The notes beneath the pieces are model-generated. The model was not told the origin of the DNA. It did no database searches and saw only the letters and a list, made by a program, of their open reading frames with translations. DNA of 14,325 bases from Azolla caroliniana (lineage: Eukaryota > Plantae > Polypodiophyta): NCBI GenBank assembly GCA_043228905.1, contig JBHGNT010000878.1, positions 1 through 14,325 of the forward strand, read 5' to 3'. Numbering within the stretch: position 1 is the first letter of the stretch; each line of letters begins with the position of its first letter. Positions 9,301 through 14,325 of the stretch are shown here, piece by piece. The position numbers and the translations under genes are program-made.

Positions 9301-10955
9301 TAGCATAGTGTTTGGGATCTGTAATCTTCAAGTTATATATGATATATTTAGTAACATTCATCGCATCATAGCTCTTTCATATCTGGACTCACATACAATA
9401 GGTGTTGGAATGATGCTGGTACATGAGAGAGTTCTGATGTTGATATACAACTTGTGTTTGCCTAAATTTGACTCATTGGGCAATTCTTTTTCAGCTGACG
9501 TTGTTCTCAGGTTTTGTTGGGTATGATATGGTGCGGTCTGCTTTTGAGGGTATGCCAAGTAAATTATGATGTATTTTTACAGAGTATTGATATTGAGACA
9601 TATCCTTAACCTGATTTCATGCTGCATTATTTTACATTATTTATGCAACACTCTTATTGTTTGGAAATGGTAAGTAACATGTTTATCAACCATTCAATTG
9701 ACATTTATATTCAGGGGGGAGGCTACGAGTTGGCAATTTTCTGCTTACAGGATCCTCATCTGCTCGTTCAGAACGTCTGATTATGCATGGTCCTGGTGGA
9801 CGCGGTGAACTTGAGGTGTCTGTATCTGGTCTTCCAGGTTAATATGAACACTCATCAAACATATATTTGGATAGAATATAGCTGTTTTACTACTCGTTCA
9901 AATTTTGCAATGATTTCTGGAACATATAATAGTGTATACATGTGGAATATCTTCAAAAGTTTCACCTTAATCTCAATACGAGTTATCAATTCCTTTTTGA
10001 GGTTCTAAATGATGGTTGTCAATGCTCCCTTTTTTGTGGGACCCATTTTACTTTTCCTTTATGTTAGAAAGATTTCGCATATTCAATGATGGAAACTAGG
10101 ACTCTTGGTTGTGACTACTATGGATTTTTATGATTTCTTCTGATGGAGTCACCTCTCTACCCTGGGATCATTGTTAAGCAAGGGTAGAACAAGACCTACC
10201 CTAATGTGGGTAGGTGCAGGTGTTAAAATGTCTCTAAGCTTACTAGCACTGTTGTCAATCACTCAAGTGAGCTTTACTTCTCAGCAATAATTGAGCTATG
10301 TATACCTTACTTTACGACTTCATCATATGTTAAAGGATTTGAAAATGCAAGTAAACAAAGCCACACACTTGATTATTGGCAACACGATCAACTTCATGTA
10401 ATTGGTCCAAGTACTTAAAATAGAACTCTTAAAACTTGGATACTTAGTTTAGAAGGATTCGGCTTCAGGAGTGAGAAAGATTAAGAGATTTAAGCTCTAG
10501 CTCTAGAATGAGGAGATCAAGAAGTGGGAAGTGTGTCTGTAATATTAGGAACTATGAAAATTTTCAGGCCTTACAGAAAGGTGAAATTTGGACAGATCAA
10601 AATACCCAGCAGATGCCGGAGGCTGCTTCTTCATGGAAGGCTAAAGGTGCAGCAAGGCTCGGAACAATCATGCGCAAAGCAGCCTTTGCAGCCTCTCTGG
10701 CAGCAACATATGTTGCATCGACGGGTGCTAAAAGCAATGCAGAAACACTTCCACTTCGTTGTTGTTTGATGTCTCTCTCTCTACCTTGGGATGTACTTTC
10801 TCACGACCTTCTATACAAGGTATAAATGCTTTTTTACTGGTTTATTGAGACTATTTTTTTATGATGAGTATGTGAAACCATCTTTTCTTGGTGATTATGG
10901 TCTCCATGCTGATGTTTATTTGCATTTTCAGGATTTCCCAAATGAGGATCAATGA
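6242..10955 (+). CDS. DUF2045 / KIAA0930-like conserved uncharacterised protein, 12 coding exons, ~403 aa
   Basis: Manual splicing gives an open 1212-nt frame: 6242-6312, 6426-6624, 6708-6767, 7251-7357, 7436-7496, 7987-8046, 8205-8279, 8974-9126, 9495-9549, 9715-9837, 10596-10819, 10932-10955. Motifs recalled from plant DUF2045 proteins: ELLSIVRKH, RFWRELLDMFFV, DDLVFFV, PYFVRRWAP, VDWRRSLYLNMIAHTSYTLTVAIC, KTVYASPSRVNFH, AYPDICFMVDDYD, HCYCVFLNA, TLFSGFVGYDMV, MHGPGGRGELEVSVSG, LRCCLMSLSLPW. An in-frame TAA at 6227 supports ATG 6242 as the start. Uncertain sites: donor 6312, acceptors 7435 and 10595. Confidence 0.9.
6426..6624 (+). CDS. DUF2045 gene coding exon 2
   Basis: CCCTTTCTCCAG| acceptor, DELLSIVRKH...DDLVFFVQHE, GAG|GTATTG donor. 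Confidence 0.9.
6708..6767 (+). CDS. DUF2045 gene coding exon 3
   Basis: TGTAG| VDHPSDHNVQPYFVRRWAPQ |GTATGT. Confidence 0.85.
7251..7357 (+). CDS. DUF2045 gene coding exon 4
   Basis: GCACAG| LEKVIGDSANQVDWRRSLYLNMIAHTSYTLTVAIC AG|GTATGT. Confidence 0.92.
7436..7496 (+). CDS. DUF2045 gene coding exon 5
   Basis: GAGAAG| (NAGNAG) REALQNRNRSGNPQLGPLYQ |GTGAGC. Confidence 0.8.
7987..8046 (+). CDS. DUF2045 gene coding exon 6
   Basis: TTTAG| VSKTVYASPSRVNFHTDMSK |GTAATA. Confidence 0.92.
8205..8279 (+). CDS. DUF2045 gene coding exon 7
   Basis: ACTAG| GFETVPAYPDICFMVDDYDDTFEEV |GTATGT. Confidence 0.92.
8974..9126 (+). CDS. DUF2045 gene coding exon 8
   Basis: AATAG| ILVEPDHCYCVFLNANGGAAF...SNAPQ CAG|GTACCA; an alternative in-phase donor exists at 9060 (CAA|GTGAAT). 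Confidence 0.8.
9495..9549 (+). CDS. DUF2045 gene coding exon 9
   Basis: TTTTTCAG| LTLFSGFVGYDMVRSAFE G|GTATGC. Confidence 0.9.
9715..9837 (+). CDS. DUF2045 gene coding exon 10
   Basis: TTCAG| GRLRVGNFLL...LIMHGPGGRGELEVSVSGLP G|GTTAAT. Confidence 0.9.
10596..10819 (+). CDS. DUF2045 gene coding exon 11
   Basis: Phase-1 acceptor GACAG| gives DQNTQQ...LPLRCCLMSLSLPWDVLSHDLLYK AAG|GTATAA; the start could instead be 10581. Confidence 0.8.
10932..10955 (+). CDS. DUF2045 gene terminal coding exon (DFPNEDQ*)
   Basis: TGCATTTTCAG| acceptor, short tail to TGA; AATAAA at 11001-11006. Confidence 0.8.
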   Translation, partial: DFPNEDQ

Positions 10956-12107
10956 CAAAGCAATTCCCTAGGTTCAATTATTCTTTAGTCTAATCATGGA
11001 AATAAATATATGCAGCTGTGGCTTAATCTTATGACTGGACATTGTTTTATTAGACTATTAGCTTTCCAGTCAATGCAAGAGGTATGTACTTGGCTATCAG
11101 AATTTCGTTTTTACCTCTAATTATTATTGAATGTGAAGGCAAATTTTCTTCAATGTAGTAATACTTCTGAAATCATAAATGAGGACATTCGGTAGCAATT
11201 TTTATGGCCACATGTCAAATCCTCTGCACTAATGCCCACCACTTGAAGAGATAAAGCTTATATCTGTCCTTGTTCTCAATCTTCTGGACATTTTGTCACC
11301 AGAAAAACTCTTTGTTCTTTATCGAAACTCACAACAAATGATGTTTCCTTGATGTCTTGACAATATGAACATTATGGGTGTGTATTTGTAGTTTTGTATA
11401 TACATTGAACAATATGATTACAGAAAAGAAGGGACATGGTGATGCTGTATTAATGCTCATGGGAACTCAACAATCATTACAAAGCACTCTTGCCAGCTAT
11501 GTAGTTTGGTGATTTGAACACGGTCAAACAAAAACAAAAACAAAAAGCTAAATAAAAACTAAGTTCGTTTCTGAATTTCATTGTTTTCATCCTTCATGAG
11601 TTTTGTTCTTTGGTTAAACAAAGGAGCAAAAAGCATGTCTAATGTGGTCTGCAATTGTTCCATCATTGTGAGTTCTTGGAAGGTACGAGCCTAAGAGAAT
11701 TCCTTGAAACTCAGGCTTGATATCTCATTCGCGAAGGCATTTCAACACATTCCCCTGTTTCTAGTAGATTGAGGAAACATAGGTCATATAGCTCCTTTTC
11801 TACTCAATCTTCAGCCAACTGCTAGTTTCCATTTTCAAAGAGTGTGAGCATTTGCCCATCAGTGTGATGGTATGCCTCACTCTCTTGTTGATGTGTGTCC
11901 AACTATGAGGTTGGGTTGAGGGTTGTGATTGATCTCATGTTTTATCCCTTGCTATTGCTAGATGTGCATATCCAACTATTCTTCATCATTCCATCCATTT
12001 CTAGATGTCTTGGACCCAAGTTGGATGTAAGGAATTTGCTTGTGGTGTTTCCTTGGTAGCAACCAATTTCCCAATTTTTAGGAGCATCAATAAGTATGAG
12101 GCTGTGC

Positions 12108-12371
12108 TCCTAATTGTAACACATACAATGTGTTGGGTTTTGTGATTGGAACCACAACACACCACCCCGACGGATTGAGGCGAGGGCCTTTCGCAACGGG
12201 TAGAGAAGGCACCCATTGTAGCACATCCATTGTGTTGAGGGGTTCCATGAGTAGAACCACAACACACCACCTCAACGGATTGAGGTGAGGGCCTTTTGGA
12301 TAGGTAGATAAGGCCTCATGAGTCGTGGGTTTCTAACTAAGTCTTCTCGACGGATGGAGAAGACACTCATG
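12108..12371. repeat. Two-copy ~105-bp tandem repeat rich in hairpins, plus an adjacent related hairpin
   Basis: GAACCACAACACACCACC(C/T)C(G/A)ACGGATTGAGG(C/T)GAGGGCCTTT recurs with period 105 (hairpins start at 12163 and 12268); upstream ATTGTA(A/G)CACAT..TGTGTTG also recurs. Confidence 0.85.
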
Positions 12372-12384
12372 ACTCACATCGTGA

Positions 12385-13300
12385 TAAATTCGTTGCATTA
12401 GTTTTGGGACATCTAATCCTTCTCTTGTAACCCTATTAACAAGATTTTCCAATTTATCAACGCATAAACCGAAGAGTGTAGATGATAATGGATATCCTTG
12501 CTGAACCCTCATGTTACTTAAAAAGTGTTATTAGAAACCTTTCTTAATTTTTAGTTGGCATCTAACTTGTTCATATAATTGTGCAATAGCAACTCGATAC
12601 TCAAATGGCATGCCAATTTCCACTTCATGGTACCTAATCAAATGATTTTTAAAAATCAACAAAGCAACAATAAGTGTCTTTCCTTGTACTCCATTTGCTT
12701 TCATAATTACCTTTAAATGTAACAAGATGATCTATAATGGAGTGTTTTGGTCTAAAATTTGCTTCCCCAAGTGCTAGTTTGATATGACTTACAACCCCTT
12801 TTGTTCCATGATAGTGCTATACAATTTAGCAATAGTTGAGTTCACAATGATTGTACGATAATTTGGCACTTGTTTTTTATTTCTTACTTTAAAAATTGGC
12901 TTAATCCAATTCATGAGCCAATCATTTGCAAACTTTGTTTAATAGCTTGATCTATGATAGTCATGATCCAATGATGAGTACTTCACATTTTCCATTTTAA
13001 GAGCTCACTTGTAATGAGAGTTACATTAGTTGCTTTCCCATTAGCCATTTTCTTTGTTCCCTTATTGACATATTGAAGATCAATGCATGTATTAGAAGGT
13101 GTTTCAATGTTCTCACCATAGGAGCCACTCCCTCATGCATATATAGGCTTTGTAAATATTCTAGTATCTGTTCATTTGTAAATTTACCTTTCATATGGAG
13201 CTTAAACAACCTTTTCATTTTCTTTTTTTGAATTTTGAATATTGTCTTTTTCTTTCTTCTCATTGCCTTTTTATATTGGTGTCATGCCATGACCCATTCA
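12385..13300 (-). mobile_element. Degenerate non-LTR retrotransposon (LINE) reverse transcriptase fragment
   Basis: Minus-strand motifs in RT order across frameshifts: ELLKW; FANDWLMNWIKPIFK..VPNYRTIIVNSTIAKLYSTIME (~12805-12930); EANFRPKHSIIDHLV (QAGFR-like, 12721-12765); YCCFVDF*KSFD (~12640-12675); VQQGYPLSSTLFGLCVD (~12455-12506). It ends before YADD. It may extend further right into linker/endonuclease sequence. Confidence 0.85.
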
Positions 13301-14162
13301 CTTTCCCCTGAAGCAAATGTGCTCAAATGGTAAAGGTTTACTTAGTTTTATGTTGTGTTGGTTTCCATGCTCCTAGCTAGATGCTTGTTCCAATGTGTTA
13401 ACTACGTATGCCAACTTCTAGGTATTTGAAACTTTGAACCACTTCAATTCCCTCGTCTTCATAGTCCATTTGTTAGGGGGATAACCATAATTTATCCCCT
13501 AATAGTTTTTACCATAGTTTTCTACACACGAGGAAAAGAGTGTGAGGGTTGGGATTACCATTAAGTGGCAAGCGTGAACTTGCTTGGAGGCCATGGGTCT
13601 GGCAATAAATATATAGGGAAAATTTGACTACATTGAGGCTGTGGTATTATGGTGAATAGACTCTCGTGGTGAGTGTGTGCTAGTGTCGGGTATACATAGT
13701 GCTATGAGATGCCATTTAGGGCTTAGGTTCGTTCCGATCCCATTGGTCAAGGGTAGTAAGGTTATGCCCATAGTGCTCATTTGATCTCTAGTAAAGGCTT
13801 CATTTGTCTTCAAGCTACATCTTACTAAATCAGATTCTTACTTAATCATATATGTTGATTAGTGGGAATGTGTGATAGGCATCTGTGGTGACAATGATTT
13901 GGTCAATCAGAGGATGATTAGTTACCGATGTTTGTAGCTCTAGGGAGGTTTAGATGCACTTAGACTCACGTTATATAGGGAAAAAAAGTTATTTGTTAGG
14001 GTTGATGGCTTTAACTCAACCACAAGTGAAGTGGGTAATCAATTGAAATAACCATTTGAGTATGCAATAGTGGGGTTATGTTCACCTCAAGTTGATCACA
14101 TCTAGATTTACAACCACACTCTATTACTACTAAAACACATGGTGTTACGCAAGGAGTAGCTA

Positions 14163-14208
14163 ATTACTTAATTACACTAAATTAAGTAATAAAGTGTAAT
14201 TAAGTAAT
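14163..14208. repeat. Perfect 16-bp inverted repeat with 14-nt spacer
   Basis: ATTACTTAATTACACT (14163-14178) and AGTGTAATTAAGTAAT (14193-14208). Confidence 0.9.
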
Positions 14209-14325
14209 AGAGAGACATGGAGGTTGTGCGTATAATAGTGACTATTATCAAATCTCTTAATCAAAGTAATGATTATGAGGGTTGCAGAGTAAATATGAGC
14301 TCTCAATTACTACTAATACGGTCAT

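Noticed and set aside
10082-10147. Intronic C/D box snoRNA (ATGATGG ... CTGA)
   Set aside because: The C box is imperfect, the terminal stem is weak, and the T-rich guide region has no evident rRNA/snRNA complement.
10508-10595. N-terminal part of ORF 10508-10825 as a separate gene start
   Set aside because: Only the part from ~10596 matches the DUF2045 C-terminus; the upstream part is better explained as intron read-through.
12001-12275. Cys-rich minus-strand ORFs (VCCGS repeated)
   Set aside because: The peptide repetition follows directly from the DNA tandem repeat, and the two copies differ by indels; no family motif recognised.
12108-12371. CRISPR array or hammerhead ribozyme
   Set aside because: Eukaryotic context, only two units, and the inter-hairpin sequence is itself repeated rather than unique spacers. 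A minus-strand stem followed by CGAAA exists (~12189-12218), but there is no CUGANGA core.

Overview
AT-rich, intron-containing eukaryotic genomic DNA, most likely from a land plant (the lineage cannot be fixed from sequence alone). Left to right: (1) a probable hAT-type transposon end (~747-900); (2) a decayed, 3'-truncated Ty1/copia LTR retrotransposon on the minus strand (~992-4512) with gag, CCHC knuckle, protease, integrase, start of RT, a tRNA-Met PBS and one LTR; (3) inside that LTR, a ~204-bp insert in a (GA)n tract made of two inward-facing tRNA-like halves; (4) a compound pentamer repeat and a pyrimidine-rich leader with uORFs; (5) an apparently intact plus-strand gene for a DUF2045/KIAA0930-like protein, 12 coding exons, ~403 aa (6242-10955), whose first coding intron appears to need a non-canonical GA donor; (6) a structured 105-bp tandem repeat with recurring ACGGAT-loop hairpins; (7) a decayed LINE reverse transcriptase fragment on the minus strand (~12385-13300); (8) a perfect 16-bp inverted repeat near the right end. 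All calls come from manual reading and recalled family motifs; no searches were run.
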